From the NCBI GenBank assembly GCA_963701185.1, contig OY969569.1, positions 245,735 to 309,734 of the forward strand: 64,000 nucleotides of DNA, read 5' to 3'. Of the stretch, positions 1-10,320 are shown piece after piece; positions within the stretch are counted from its first letter, which is position 1, and every line of letters starts with the position of its first letter. Both the position numbers and the translations under genes were made by a program. The notes below the pieces were generated by a model, which was not told the DNA's origin, did no database searches, and saw only the letters and a program-made list of their open reading frames with translations. The DNA is from Candidatus Gottesmanbacteria bacterium. GTDB lineage: Bacteria; Patescibacteriota; Microgenomatia; UBA10105; UBA927.

Positions 1-56
1 ATGAACGCTCCTTTCGTATGGTTTGACACGGAGTTATTTTGCGATATCATACATGT

Positions 57-395
57 ATGATAAGTCTCATTGTTAGTTGGGTTCTCAATGCTCTTGCCCT
101 GTATATCGTCGCGAAGATTTTGCCGGGTATTCATCTTTTGGATTTCGGAAGTGCGCTGATTGCCGTCATCGTCATCGGCTTGGTGAATGCACTTATTAAA
201 CCGCTCCTTTTTCTGTTGACCCTTCCGGTTACCATAATCACATTTGGACTTTTTGCACTGGTCCTGAATGCATTGATGCTTATGCTCGCCAGCGCTCTGA
301 CACCCGGATTTAAAATCGACGGATTCGGGACGGCACTTCTGGGATCAATACTTCTGTCCATCGTGACGACGATCCTCCATTCTTTGGTCCGCTAG
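57..395 (+). CDS. YvlD/DUF360 (phage_holin_4_2-like) small integral membrane protein
   Basis: The ORF-track start at 39 is a TTG; the first ATG is at 57. The protein has four hydrophobic helices and the motif LNALALYIVAKILPGI typical of the YvlD/DUF360 family. Confidence 0.5.
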   Translation: MISLIVSWVLNALALYIVAKILPGIHLLDFGSALIAVIVIGLVNALIKPLLFLLTLPVTIITFGLFALVLNALMLMLASALTPGFKIDGFGTALLGSILLSIVTTILHSLVR

Positions 396-432
396 TTTTA
401 AATATAGCTTCAAACACGGTACAATAGAGATC

Positions 433-1371
433 ATGGTTTATATCGTGAAGGAGATTTCTTCTCAAGATGCGTGGGATGGGTTTGTGAGAGAGCATGCACC
501 CACGGCGTTATTCCAGGGTTGGGCGTGGGGCGAGGTGGAGAAAAAGATGGGGCATCGCGTGTGGCGGCGGGGATGGTTTGAAAAAAATAAACTTGTGGGG
601 GTAGCGCAAATCGTCAAAGTTTCCGCGCGGCGCGGGACATTCCTGCATCTGCGGCACGGGCCGATTGGGAAAATTAATTTCGAAGATCTTAAAAATTTTG
701 CCAAAACTGAAAAGGCGTGGTTTGTCCGCATCAGCCCGCATGTTCAAAAAGCGCCGTATTCCGGATTGGTTCCGGCTCCGATTCATGCGATGGATGCGGA
801 ACTCTGCTGGGTGTTGGATTTGGATAAAAGTGAAGAGGAGCTATTGGCCGGCATGCGAAAAACGACACGGTACGAAATCAAACACGCGGGTGGAGTCACG
901 GTTAAAAAAAGTAATGATATTGAGCGTTTTTTTGCGCTGTATAACGCAACAAGCGCGAGACATAACTTTGTACAACATAAAGGGATTCGCGAGGAATTTG
1001 AAACTCTGGATTGTGATCTGTTTATTGCTTCCCACCAGGGCCGTGACCTTGCAGCCGCGATCGTCGTGTATTTTGGGGACGAAGCAATTTATCATCACGG
1101 TGCGTCGATTCCGAATAAAGCAGGGGTATCATATGCAGTACAGTGGGAAGCCATACGCGAAGCAAAAAAACGGGGTAAAAAGATATACAATTTTTGGGGT
1201 ATAGCTCCGGATACTAAGATAAATCACCCGTGGCGAGGTATAACATTGTTCAAAACAGGGTTCGGGGGGCGGCAGGTGGAATTTATGCACGCCCAGGACT
1301 ACCTTGTCTCGCCATTTGCAGTCATCCCCAGAACGGTCGAGAGCTTGCGTAAGCGGCTCAAAGGGTATTAA
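433..1371 (+). CDS. FemAB-family peptidoglycan interpeptide-bridge aminoacyltransferase (lipid II:amino acid transferase)
   Basis: ATG at 433. The FemAB-like N-terminus (QDAWDGFV, FQGWAWGEV) and C-terminal HHGASIPNKAGVSYAVQWEAIREAKKRGKKIYNFWG match PF02388-type architecture. Confidence 0.6.
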   Translation: MVYIVKEISSQDAWDGFVREHAPTALFQGWAWGEVEKKMGHRVWRRGWFEKNKLVGVAQIVKVSARRGTFLHLRHGPIGKINFEDLKNFAKTEKAWFVRISPHVQKAPYSGLVPAPIHAMDAELCWVLDLDKSEEELLAGMRKTTRYEIKHAGGVTVKKSNDIERFFALYNATSARHNFVQHKGIREEFETLDCDLFIASHQGRDLAAAIVVYFGDEAIYHHGASIPNKAGVSYAVQWEAIREAKKRGKKIYNFWGIAPDTKINHPWRGITLFKTGFGGRQVEFMHAQDYLVSPFAVIPRTVESLRKRLKGY

Positions 1372-1385
1372 TATATACTATACCT

Positions 1386-1742
1386 ATGAGGGAAATACTC
1401 AGGAAACACACAATATCCTTCAAAAATGCTTATAATGGTCTTCGCTGGGCTATTACATCTCAACCAAACTTTCGGGTTCATCTCGTTCTTTCCGCGATCG
1501 CCATCGGGTTAAGCTGGTTTTTTCGTATCACACGGACGGAGTTTGCCATCATTATTTTTACGATTCTGTTGGGGCTTACGGCTGAACTTATCAATACCGC
1601 ACTTGAGTCCATGACTGATTTAATTACGAAAGAATGGCGGGAGGAAGCACGGGTAGCCAAAGATGTTTCTGCCGGCATGATGCTTACGACTGCCATCGGT
1701 GCGGTTATTATTGCCATTGTCGTATTTGGCAAATACATATAA
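1386..1742 (+). CDS. dgkA: diacylglycerol / undecaprenol kinase
   Basis: 118 aa with three TM helices and DAGK_prokar-like motifs (AYNGLRWA, ESMTDLITKEWREEARVAKDVSAGMML). Confidence 0.7.
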   Translation: MREILRKHTISFKNAYNGLRWAITSQPNFRVHLVLSAIAIGLSWFFRITRTEFAIIIFTILLGLTAELINTALESMTDLITKEWREEARVAKDVSAGMMLTTAIGAVIIAIVVFGKYI

Positions 1743-1747
1743 TCTCT

Positions 1748-2797
1748 ATGGTATTTTTACTTGGTTTAGTATTATTTTCGTGGTTGGTCAGCAGCATCCT
1801 CTATATCCCTTTTATCCGGCTTCTATACAAATGGCGTATGCAGCGGCTTCACCAAAAAACGCTGGATGCGTTTGATAAACATACCCCTATATTTGACCGA
1901 TTTCACGAGAAGAAAGCGGGGACGCCGGTCGGCGGAGGACTGCTCATTATCGGCGTGACTACTGTGCTGTTTCCGCTGGCGGTTCTCCTTATGTACTATT
2001 TTTGGCTTCCGATAACGGCGGTCTACCCGATTGCCAGTGAAATTAAAATTCTCCTGTTTACGTTTGTCTCATTCGGAGCGCTCGGGCTTTTGGACGATAT
2101 AAAAAAAACATTCGTCGGGATTTCTTCAACATTTTTCGGACTCAGGCTCCGGCACAAATTACTGCTGGAGATAGTGTTGGCAGGTGTTATCAGTTTCTGG
2201 ATGATTTATGACCTTAAGATCGATATCTTCTATGTGCCGTTGTTGGGCATTATCCGTTTAGGCTGGTGGTATATACCGTTTGCGACGCTGGTTATCATTT
2301 CATTTGCCAATGCGTTTAACATAACCGACGGACTGGACGGTCTTGCATCGGGACTTCTTATGATCGCCCTTGCGGCCTTCTGGATTATTTCCGGATCGAT
2401 TTTGGACACTCCGCTGTCGGTATTTATCGCCATCTGGCTCGGGAGCCTGATTGCATTTTTATACTTTAATATTTTTCCTGCCCGAATATTCCTGGGCGAT
2501 GTGGGCGCCCTTTCCTTCGGCGCAACGATGGCGGTCGTGGGTCTCATCTTAGGGAAAGCGCCGGCGCTGGTCGTTATCGGCGGGGTATTCGTTATCGAAG
2601 TTGTGTCGTCCTTCGTGCAGTTATTATCCAAGAAGTTTTTGCATAAAAAAGCGTTTTCTGTGGCACCGTTTCATTTGTGGCTCCAATATAACGGGTGGCC
2701 GGAACCGAAAATCGTCATGCGCATGTGGATCGTATCCATTATTCTTGCAATTTTCGGACTCTGGCTTGCCCTGCTCACGAAAGTTCCGGCGGTATGA
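1748..2797 (+). CDS. mraY: phospho-N-acetylmuramoyl-pentapeptide transferase
   Basis: ATG at 1748, just after the dgkA stop. Polytopic membrane protein with the NITDGLDGLA motif, and it sits at the dcw-cluster position. Confidence 0.9.
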   Translation: MVFLLGLVLFSWLVSSILYIPFIRLLYKWRMQRLHQKTLDAFDKHTPIFDRFHEKKAGTPVGGGLLIIGVTTVLFPLAVLLMYYFWLPITAVYPIASEIKILLFTFVSFGALGLLDDIKKTFVGISSTFFGLRLRHKLLLEIVLAGVISFWMIYDLKIDIFYVPLLGIIRLGWWYIPFATLVIISFANAFNITDGLDGLASGLLMIALAAFWIISGSILDTPLSVFIAIWLGSLIAFLYFNIFPARIFLGDVGALSFGATMAVVGLILGKAPALVVIGGVFVIEVVSSFVQLLSKKFLHKKAFSVAPFHLWLQYNGWPEPKIVMRMWIVSIILAIFGLWLALLTKVPAV

Positions 2798-3573
2798 TAG
2801 GGATATTGGATTCCGGTTTCGGCGGGTTGTCAGTCTACCAAAGTATCGTCGCACTGCTTCCTCATGAATCAACTTTGTATATCGGTGACCACGCATATCT
2901 GCCGTACGGAGAAAAGTCCGTCCATGTCATTCAGCAGCGGGTGCTGGCACTTATTCGGTTTCTCATTGGTAAAAACGCGAAGCTTATCGTTATTGCATGC
3001 AATACCGGTACTGTCGCAGGGATTGAACTCTATCGCACGACGTTTCCTCATGTGCCGATTGTCGGAGTTGTTCCTGTTGTCAAAACAGCAGCGGCTATTT
3101 CGAAACGGAGACGATTTGCCGTTCTCTCTACGAGGTTTACTGCAGAAAGCGCTTATCAAAAACGTCTCATTAAAGAGTTTGCCGACGGATGTACAGTTTA
3201 TAATTTTGGGTGTCTGAATTTAGTTGCACTTGTGGAGCAGGGGATGGTAAAGGGACCAAAAATAGAAAAAGAACTTCGACGGATTCTCACTGACAAAATA
3301 CTTAACGATATTGATGTTATTGCCTTAGGGTGTACCCATTATCCGTTTCTGATGCCTGCCATACGTGCTATAGTAGGAAATGACATGACCGTGCTGGATT
3401 CAGGCGGAGCAGTGACACGGCAGGTAGCACGGATTCTGGAACATAACGGCATAAAATCAAAAACTAAAAAATCAACGCATGTATTTTTTTCAACCGGCAG
3501 GGGTGGTGATTATTCAAAAATTGCATCGCTGCTTTTGCATCAAAAAGTTAACGTAACCTATGCAAACATATAA
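2794..3573 (+). CDS. murI: glutamate racemase
   Basis: ATG at 2794 overlaps the mraY TGA (ATGA). MIGILDSGFGGLSV, IACNTG and ALGCTHYP are glutamate racemase signatures. Confidence 0.85.
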   Translation: MIGILDSGFGGLSVYQSIVALLPHESTLYIGDHAYLPYGEKSVHVIQQRVLALIRFLIGKNAKLIVIACNTGTVAGIELYRTTFPHVPIVGVVPVVKTAAAISKRRRFAVLSTRFTAESAYQKRLIKEFADGCTVYNFGCLNLVALVEQGMVKGPKIEKELRRILTDKILNDIDVIALGCTHYPFLMPAIRAIVGNDMTVLDSGGAVTRQVARILEHNGIKSKTKKSTHVFFSTGRGGDYSKIASLLLHQKVNVTYANI

Positions 3574-4927
3574 AAATCGTTTGGTAGCGGTACTCGGATT
3601 GTCTGTCGAGGGAACGGATTCCGTACGGTTTTTCAACGCGGAAGGAGCCCGTGTTTGGTGCTGCGACCGGAGGACCAAAGAAGAACTCGGAGATACGTAC
3701 GATGAATTGAAACCGCTTGCGGAGGGATTTCAGTTAGGCAAGAGGTATTTAGAAGATATTGGCAGATTTGATCTTATTGTACGTACTCCCGGCATGTCTC
3801 TTCGATTGCCGCTTCTTCAGCGGAGAGAGCTTACCAGTTCGACCAAACTGTTTTTTTCTTTATGCGCGGCTCCGATTATCGGTGTAACCGGAACCAAAGG
3901 CAAGGGGACGACGGGTACGCTCATCGCCCGGATGATCGAAGCCGATGGAAAAAAGGTCTGGCTCGGAGGAAATGTCGGAACGCCGCTTTTGTCGAAAGTG
4001 AGAGCTATAAAACCGTCGGATGCGGTCGTTTTGGAGTTGTCGTCGTTTCAGCTTGAGGACTGCAGGCAAAGTCCTCATGTTGCAGTTGTTTTAAAAACTA
4101 CACAGGAACATCTGGCCAATCAGGACAAGCTTGCTTCGAATTTTCATCTCACCAGGGAAACCTACGTGGATGCGAAAAAATCCATCGTACGATATCAAAA
4201 AAAAACTGACGTTGTCATTCTGAATGCCGATGACTCCACCAGTTTGTCGTTTGCCGCAGAAACACCGGCCCGTGTTTTGTGCTTCGGCAGGGTAAAGAAA
4301 ACGACGGATGCGTATGTTGCCGATAGTACGATATACCTTAATGTCAAAAAGAAGCCGCAAAAAGTTTGTTCCCTGGGAGAAATTAAACTCCGCGGCATGC
4401 ATAATCTGGATAATATTGCAGCGGCGGCGCTTGCTGCCAGGGCTACAGGAGTGTCTTTGAATGCAATCCGTCTCGCCGCGATATCCTTTGAGGGCTTGGA
4501 ACACAGACTTGAAACAATCCGTGAAGCCCGCGGCGTCCTTTATGTGAATGATTCGTTTTCTACCGTTCCTGAAACCGCGATTGCGGCAATAGAATCATTT
4601 AACCAGAAGATTATTTTGATTGCAGGCGGATCGGAAAAGGGCTCTGATTTTACGGAATTGGGAAAGGTAATCGCCGCCCATTCTGTGAAGACTCTCATTG
4701 CCATTGGCCGTATGACGGAAAGAATCGTGAAAGCATCCAAAGATGCGGGATTCACAGGAAAGATTATTACGGGAGCCCGTTCCATGCATGACATTGTATC
4801 GATTGCGTCAAAAGAGGCTGCAGCGGGTGATGTGGTACTTCTTTCGCCCGCCTGCGCATCGTTTGACATGTTCAAAAATTATAAGGAACGCGGCAAATTA
4901 TTTAAGCATGAAGTTTCCCTTCTTTAA
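3560..4927 (+). CDS. murD: UDP-N-acetylmuramoylalanine--D-glutamate ligase
   Basis: Mur ligase P-loop GVTGTKGKGTT, the MurD N-terminal Rossmann region, and the position between murI and ftsW. Confidence 0.85.
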   Translation: MQTYKNRLVAVLGLSVEGTDSVRFFNAEGARVWCCDRRTKEELGDTYDELKPLAEGFQLGKRYLEDIGRFDLIVRTPGMSLRLPLLQRRELTSSTKLFFSLCAAPIIGVTGTKGKGTTGTLIARMIEADGKKVWLGGNVGTPLLSKVRAIKPSDAVVLELSSFQLEDCRQSPHVAVVLKTTQEHLANQDKLASNFHLTRETYVDAKKSIVRYQKKTDVVILNADDSTSLSFAAETPARVLCFGRVKKTTDAYVADSTIYLNVKKKPQKVCSLGEIKLRGMHNLDNIAAAALAARATGVSLNAIRLAAISFEGLEHRLETIREARGVLYVNDSFSTVPETAIAAIESFNQKIILIAGGSEKGSDFTELGKVIAAHSVKTLIAIGRMTERIVKASKDAGFTGKIITGARSMHDIVSIASKEAAAGDVVLLSPACASFDMFKNYKERGKLFKHEVSLL

Positions 4928-5999
4928 ATTGAAGAGGCGCCCGTCGGACCGGTGGATGCTGATTGCAGTCGTCATTCTCTCCTTGTTCGGCATTCTCATG
5001 GTCTACGACTCGTCGGTCGCTATCGCCGTTCGGGATTTCGGCAATCAATATTATTATCTCCGGGACCAGTTGAAGTGGCTGATCATCGGGTTTGTCTCTC
5101 TTACCGTATTTTCCTTCATTGATTATCATCAGTGGTACAAAATTGCCCTGCCGATACTTCTGGGAACCATAGTATTACTGCTGGCGGTTTTTTTGCCGGG
5201 CCTCGGCGTACGGGCCCTCGGCGCCCACCGGTGGATTAATTTTGGGTTTTTCGTGCTGCAGCCGGCTGAACTGGCAAAGCTCGTGCTTGTTATCTATCTT
5301 TCTGCCTGGTTTTCTGTCCGCGAACGGGAGCGATTGGGAGCGTTTGCCATTCTTCTCTGCATGGTCGTGGGGTTGGTACTTCTGGAGCCTGATCTGGGAA
5401 CCAGCGTGATTATTATTGCTATTGCGCTTATTTTGTATTTTGCGTCGGGTGCGCCGGTTTTGCATTTTGCCGTCATTGTGCCGGTCCTGGTTGCCGGTAT
5501 CGTGGGACTTGCAATTATTTCTCCGTACCGGATGGCACGCCTCACGACATTTTTGCACCCGGACCGGGATCCCTTGGGATCGTCGTATCACATCCGTCAG
5601 GCGTTATTAGGGTTGGGGTCCGGCGGCTGGTTTGGCGTGGGCGTGGGACAATCGCGCCAAAAATACGAATATCTTCCGGAGGCAAACACGGATTCCATAT
5701 TTGCTATCATAGGAGAAGAGACCGGTTTTGTCGGGTCGGTTGCCGTTATTCTCATGTTTGTCTTTGCGTCCTGGCGGGGGTTCCGGATAGCAAAGCGCGC
5801 CCGCGACGGCTTCGGACGGCTTTTGGCCATCGGTATTACGTCATGGATTTCGGTACAGACGATTATCAATCTCTCTGCGATGGTTGCGCTCATGCCCTTG
5901 ACGGGCGTGCCGCTTCCGTTTGTGTCCTACGGAGGATCCAGTCTTATTATTATGCTTTCGGCTGTTGGTATACTGTTAAATATAAGTAAAGCACAATGA
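4908..5999 (+). CDS. ftsW: SEDS-family lipid II flippase/peptidoglycan polymerase FtsW
   Basis: An internal ATG at 4908 gives a 363 aa polytopic protein. SEDS motifs are present (PDLGT, SGGWFG, LPEANTDSIFA, PLPFVSYGGSS). It lies between murD and murG. Confidence 0.8.
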   Translation: MKFPFFKLKRRPSDRWMLIAVVILSLFGILMVYDSSVAIAVRDFGNQYYYLRDQLKWLIIGFVSLTVFSFIDYHQWYKIALPILLGTIVLLLAVFLPGLGVRALGAHRWINFGFFVLQPAELAKLVLVIYLSAWFSVRERERLGAFAILLCMVVGLVLLEPDLGTSVIIIAIALILYFASGAPVLHFAVIVPVLVAGIVGLAIISPYRMARLTTFLHPDRDPLGSSYHIRQALLGLGSGGWFGVGVGQSRQKYEYLPEANTDSIFAIIGEETGFVGSVAVILMFVFASWRGFRIAKRARDGFGRLLAIGITSWISVQTIINLSAMVALMPLTGVPLPFVSYGGSSLIIMLSAVGILLNISKAQ

Positions 6000-7114
6000 A
6001 ACAAAAACGCACGATTGTCATGACAGGAGGACATGTCACGCCGGCGATTGCGGTCATCGATGCATTGAAGGGAGACTCGTCGATCATATTCTTCGGAAGA
6101 AAGTATGCGACGGAAGGAAACCGTACTCTGTCTGCCGAATACCGGCTGATTACCGAAAGGGGCATTCCGTTTATTTCTCTTACGACCGGACGCCTGCAGC
6201 GTCAATGGACCTGGCAGACTATCCCGTCACTTCTGAAGATTCCTGTCGGGTGCATACAGTCGCTCTGGTATTGTCTGCGGCAGCGGCCCGCTCTGATCGT
6301 CAGTTTCGGCGGATATGTCGCACTGCCGACGGCATTAGCCGCGTGGCTTTGCCGGATTCCTGTTATTACCCACGAACAAACACTTGTCCCGGGGCTTGCC
6401 AACCGGCTGATTGCGGGGCTGGCCAGACGCGTCTGTGTCACGTTTCCTGAAACGCTCTCTCGTTTTCCGAAAGACAAAGCCGTAGTAACCGGCCTGCCGA
6501 TGCGCAAGGAATTATTTACCCCCTCGCCCAAGGCGGGGCCGTTTACGGCGGATCTTTCGCATTATCCGCTGATATATGTGACCGGCGGGGGGACCGGTGC
6601 CCAGTCATTGAACCGATTGTTGTTCCCCGTGCTCGCGTCACTTTTGGCGCACTATACGATTGTTCATCAGGTAGGCGACGCATCTTTTGCCGAAGCGGAA
6701 AAAATACGAACGGAACTTCCTGCCACATGTAAAGACCGGTATATCGTCCGGCTATATATACCAGTTTCGGAGTTGGCATGGGTGTTGTCCCGCGCGGTCA
6801 TCGTTCTTGGGAGGTCCGGCGCCAACACCGTGATGGAATTGGCGGCATTGGGAAAAGTTGCCATATTTGTCCCGCTTCCGTGGTCGGCCGGCGGCGAACA
6901 ACAGAAGAATGCCGCCTGGCTAAGCAGTCACGGTGGAGCAGTTGATCTTGCTCAGCATGAATTAACACCCCGAATTCTTGAGAATAAGATAGATGAGGTT
7001 CAAAAAAATATTGCATTTTTTCAACAACGCGCCTCTGTCTTCGCGGCAGAAGTTCCGCGTGACGGTACTCAGCGGTTCGTGCGTGAAATAGAACATTTGC
7101 TTTCCGCGACATGA
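5996..7114 (+). CDS. murG: UDP-GlcNAc:lipid I N-acetylglucosaminyltransferase
   Basis: GT28 MurG: TGGHVTPAIAV near the N-terminus and YVTGGGTGAQSLN in the C-terminal domain. Confidence 0.85.
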   Translation: MKQKRTIVMTGGHVTPAIAVIDALKGDSSIIFFGRKYATEGNRTLSAEYRLITERGIPFISLTTGRLQRQWTWQTIPSLLKIPVGCIQSLWYCLRQRPALIVSFGGYVALPTALAAWLCRIPVITHEQTLVPGLANRLIAGLARRVCVTFPETLSRFPKDKAVVTGLPMRKELFTPSPKAGPFTADLSHYPLIYVTGGGTGAQSLNRLLFPVLASLLAHYTIVHQVGDASFAEAEKIRTELPATCKDRYIVRLYIPVSELAWVLSRAVIVLGRSGANTVMELAALGKVAIFVPLPWSAGGEQQKNAAWLSSHGGAVDLAQHELTPRILENKIDEVQKNIAFFQQRASVFAAEVPRDGTQRFVREIEHLLSAT

Positions 7115-7815
7115 TGAAATCCAAACGTGCAGTCTTTTTAAGAAAATTCGGCAGGATTGTCGGGTACGTACTTCTTTTCACTGCGTTTCTCGGTGCCGTG
7201 TATTGGGTGGGCATCCGTGCATTTACTGTTAAAAACATTGTTGTCATAGGGGAGAATATCCAAGTGCAGGTGGACGAATCGAAATTGCCCAGAACGCTTT
7301 TCCTGTTTCCTTCCGGCACCATTCGGGCACAGCTTCTTGCGGCAAATCCGATACTTGCGGACATTCAATTTCAAAAAAAATATCCTCATACTTTGGTGAT
7401 TGTCCCGACACTGCGCGCGGCGAGCGTCCGTTTAATTGCCGCGTCCCGTGAGGTGTCGCTGGACGCCGGTGGAATAGTGCTCTCAGATGCGGATGCCTCG
7501 TCACAGAGCCTCCCCCGTCTTGTTGTCCCCATTACGACGCTCCGTATCGGGGAAAAAATTACCGACCGGCGGGTCGCGGCCGCGATTGCTTTCATTATCG
7601 GAATGCGCGCTATCATGCCGGTGCGTGTCGTTTCCGTTGAAGACGAAACCTCCCTACGCGCCAAAAGTGATAAACTAGACATACTATTTCCTCAGGAAGA
7701 GCCTACATCTGCGTTACTGGCTACTTTACAAACGCTTCTTTCGGGGTTTAGAATAAAAGGAACACTGCCCACGTTTATTGATCTGCGGTTTGACAAACCA
7801 ATAATAAAATTTTAG
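7111..7815 (+). CDS. ftsQ: cell division protein FtsQ/DivIB-like (POTRA)
   Basis: An N-terminal TM helix followed by a POTRA-like region, positioned between murG and ftsA. Confidence 0.6.
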   Translation: MMKSKRAVFLRKFGRIVGYVLLFTAFLGAVYWVGIRAFTVKNIVVIGENIQVQVDESKLPRTLFLFPSGTIRAQLLAANPILADIQFQKKYPHTLVIVPTLRAASVRLIAASREVSLDAGGIVLSDADASSQSLPRLVVPITTLRIGEKITDRRVAAAIAFIIGMRAIMPVRVVSVEDETSLRAKSDKLDILFPQEEPTSALLATLQTLLSGFRIKGTLPTFIDLRFDKPIIKF

Positions 7816-7817
7816 GT

Positions 7818-9108
7818 ATGGCGCGAGACCACATAGTATCCGGCATAGATGTCGGAACCAGTAAGATAACGACCCTGATTGCGACGGTTCCTGAAGAAGG
7901 AGATGCCCGTGTCATCGGAGTATCAACAGTTGCGAGCCGCGGCTTGCGGAAGGGCCAAGTGGTCAATATTGAGGAAGCAACGGGTGCAATTTCCGGAGCA
8001 TTGGAGGCAGCCGAACGCATGGCGGGAACGCAGGTTGCCCGGGCATTTCTTTCCGTCGGAGGCGCGCATATTGCATCGCAAAACTCCCACGGTGTGGTCG
8101 CCGTGTCTGAACCGGACAAGGAAATATCGGAAAGCGACGTCAAACGGGTTATTGAAGCGGCGAAAGCCGTATCACTGCCGTCGTCCCGCGAGATACTTCA
8201 TGTACTGCCGCGGGGATATGTTGTTGACAGCCAGGAAGGAATCGTGGATCCCGTCGGGATGACCGGCGTACGGCTTGAAGTTGATACACATTTGGTGACC
8301 GGCGGGGCAACGGCAGTGCGAAATTTACGTAAATGTGTGGAGGATCTTGGTGTTGAAGTGGAAGGTATGGTATTCGGCGGGTTGGCAGCGTCACTTGCAA
8401 CCATTACGGATACGGAAAAGGAATTAGGCGTGGTACTCATTGATATCGGCGGCGGGACAACCGATGTGGCGATTTTTGTTGAGGGGGCCTTGTCCTATTC
8501 ATCCGTCATTCCGATCGGGGCAATTAATATAACCAAAGATTTAGCGGCGGGACTCCGGGTGTCGCTGGAGAGCGCGGAAAAAATTAAATTGTTATTAGGG
8601 AAGACACCCCGTGTTCCGGCTGTTCCGGAAGAAGAAGCAAAGCAAATCCGAAAAAAGCGATGAGGTGGATGTATCCGGCTTGGGGCTTCCGGAGGAACTC
8701 AGAATGCTGTCAAGAAAAACGTTGGTTGAGGGAATTATCAAACCGCGGTTAAACGAAATATTTACGATGGTGGGCTTAGAGATTAAGCGGAGCGGTTTCG
8801 GCGGTATGACGCCGTCGGGGATCGTACTTACCGGCGGAGGCGCTCAGACCGTCGGTGGTGTCGAATCAGCGAGGCGCAATCTCGCCATGTCGGTGCATAT
8901 CGGCGAACCAAAAAAAATTACGGGTCTTGTTGATGAAATCATGACTCCCGCGTATGCCTCAAGCGTCGGCCTTCTGTTGTACGGCGCGAAGGGAGAATCC
9001 GGCGAACAGGGACGCGTATTTGGCGGACTTGGAAAAATCGGAGAAAAGGTGCAAATCAAAGGACTTGCAGGAAAGGTTATTGATCTGGTAAAGTCATTCA
9101 TGCCCTAA
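7818..9108 (+). CDS. ftsA: cell division protein FtsA, apparently interrupted by a single-base frameshift
   Basis: ORF 7818-8663 carries the FtsA N-terminal and central actin-fold domains (GIDVGTSK, DIGGGTTDVA, AEKIK). ORF 8611-9108, in the +1 frame, carries the FtsA C-terminus (SDEVDVSGLGLPEELRMLSRKTLVEGIIKPRLNEI, GIVLTGGGAQ). Removing one A from the A6 run at 8651-8656 gives a continuous reading ...IRKSDEVDV. Confidence 0.85.
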
Positions 9109-9153
9109 GAACAGACACCTGCATTTATTTCTTCTGCCCCCAATAGTATTTTT

Positions 9154-10302
9154 ATGCTGATTAAACCCGACATTGCCCGGTTTGCAAAAATTAAAGTCAT
9201 CGGTATCGGCGGCGGCGGCTGCAATGCTATCAACTCCATGATTGCCGGAAGCCAGATAACCGGGGTGGATTTCTTAGGACTGAATACCGATGCTCAGGCG
9301 CTTCTCACCTGTCAGGCGACGACGAAAGTGCAGATCGGAGAAAATCTTACTCGGGGTCTCGGGGCCGGAGGCGATCCGGACATAGGGAAACAGGCCGCGG
9401 AAGAATCGCGCGAGAAACTCAAGGAATACTTGCGGGATGCGGACATGGTATTTTTGACCTGCGGAGAAGGGGGAGGCACCGGAACGGGAGCAACGCCGAT
9501 TGTTGCTGAAATTGCCAAAGAACTCGGGTCCCTCACGGTGGCGGTTGTTACCAAACCGTTCCATTTTGAGGGAACGCGCCGCATGGTGACTGCAGAAGAA
9601 GGCATCATGAATCTCAAGGATAAGGTGGATACGCTTATCGTCATTCCCAACCAGCGGCTTATGGAAGTGATTGATAAAAAAATGACCCTCCTTGACGCCT
9701 TCCGTGTGACAGATTCGGTTCTGGGGCAGGGTGTTCAGGGCATTGCGGACCTTATCACCATGCCGGGTCTCATCAACGTGGATTTTGCCGATGTCCGGAC
9801 CATTATGACCAGTGCCGGAAGTTCCCTTATGGGGATCGGGACCGGCGTCGGAGAAAATAGAGCCGCCACGGCTGCCCGGACCGCCATCGCCTCTCCGCTT
9901 TTGGAGATTTCCATTGACGGGGCGAAGGGCGTCTTATTTAATATTACCGGCGGGCCGGATCTCACGATGGCTGAGGTGGATGAAGCCGCAAAACAGATTG
10001 CCGCCGCAGTTGATCCTGATGCCAACATCATTTTCGGCGCAACCATTGACCAGAATATGGTGGATCAGGTGAAAATTACCGTGATCGCCACGGGATTTGA
10101 TGAAACAAAAAAACGCCTGCGGGAGTTATCCGGCCAGCCCAGCTACAGCACCATGGCCCAGCCGACACAGACCCGCGTGACCCAAACGTCCAACCAGCCC
10201 CAGCCAAAGGCTGGCCAGCCTTTGGCTGGCCCGCGCGACGATGATCTTCCGCCGGAGGAAGACGAATTCGACATCCCCGCATTCCTGCGGCAGAGAAGTT
10301 AG
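9154..10302 (+). CDS. ftsZ: cell division GTPase FtsZ
   Basis: GIGGGGCNAINSM tubulin signature, the T7 loop region, and the C-terminal conserved peptide DIPAFLRQ. Confidence 0.95.
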   Translation: MLIKPDIARFAKIKVIGIGGGGCNAINSMIAGSQITGVDFLGLNTDAQALLTCQATTKVQIGENLTRGLGAGGDPDIGKQAAEESREKLKEYLRDADMVFLTCGEGGGTGTGATPIVAEIAKELGSLTVAVVTKPFHFEGTRRMVTAEEGIMNLKDKVDTLIVIPNQRLMEVIDKKMTLLDAFRVTDSVLGQGVQGIADLITMPGLINVDFADVRTIMTSAGSSLMGIGTGVGENRAATAARTAIASPLLEISIDGAKGVLFNITGGPDLTMAEVDEAAKQIAAAVDPDANIIFGATIDQNMVDQVKITVIATGFDETKKRLRELSGQPSYSTMAQPTQTRVTQTSNQPQPKAGQPLAGPRDDDLPPEEDEFDIPAFLRQRS

Positions 10303-10320
10303 AATCGCGGCGATAATTAG

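Noticed and set aside
39-56. ORF-track 5' extensions using TTG/GTG (39 for the YvlD-like gene, 14690 for the secreted protein, 40559 for polX, 59952 ATG for upp).
   Set aside because: Downstream in-frame ATG or GTG starts give gene boundaries that respect neighbouring stops and tRNA positions and match family N-termini, so the extended coordinates were not used.
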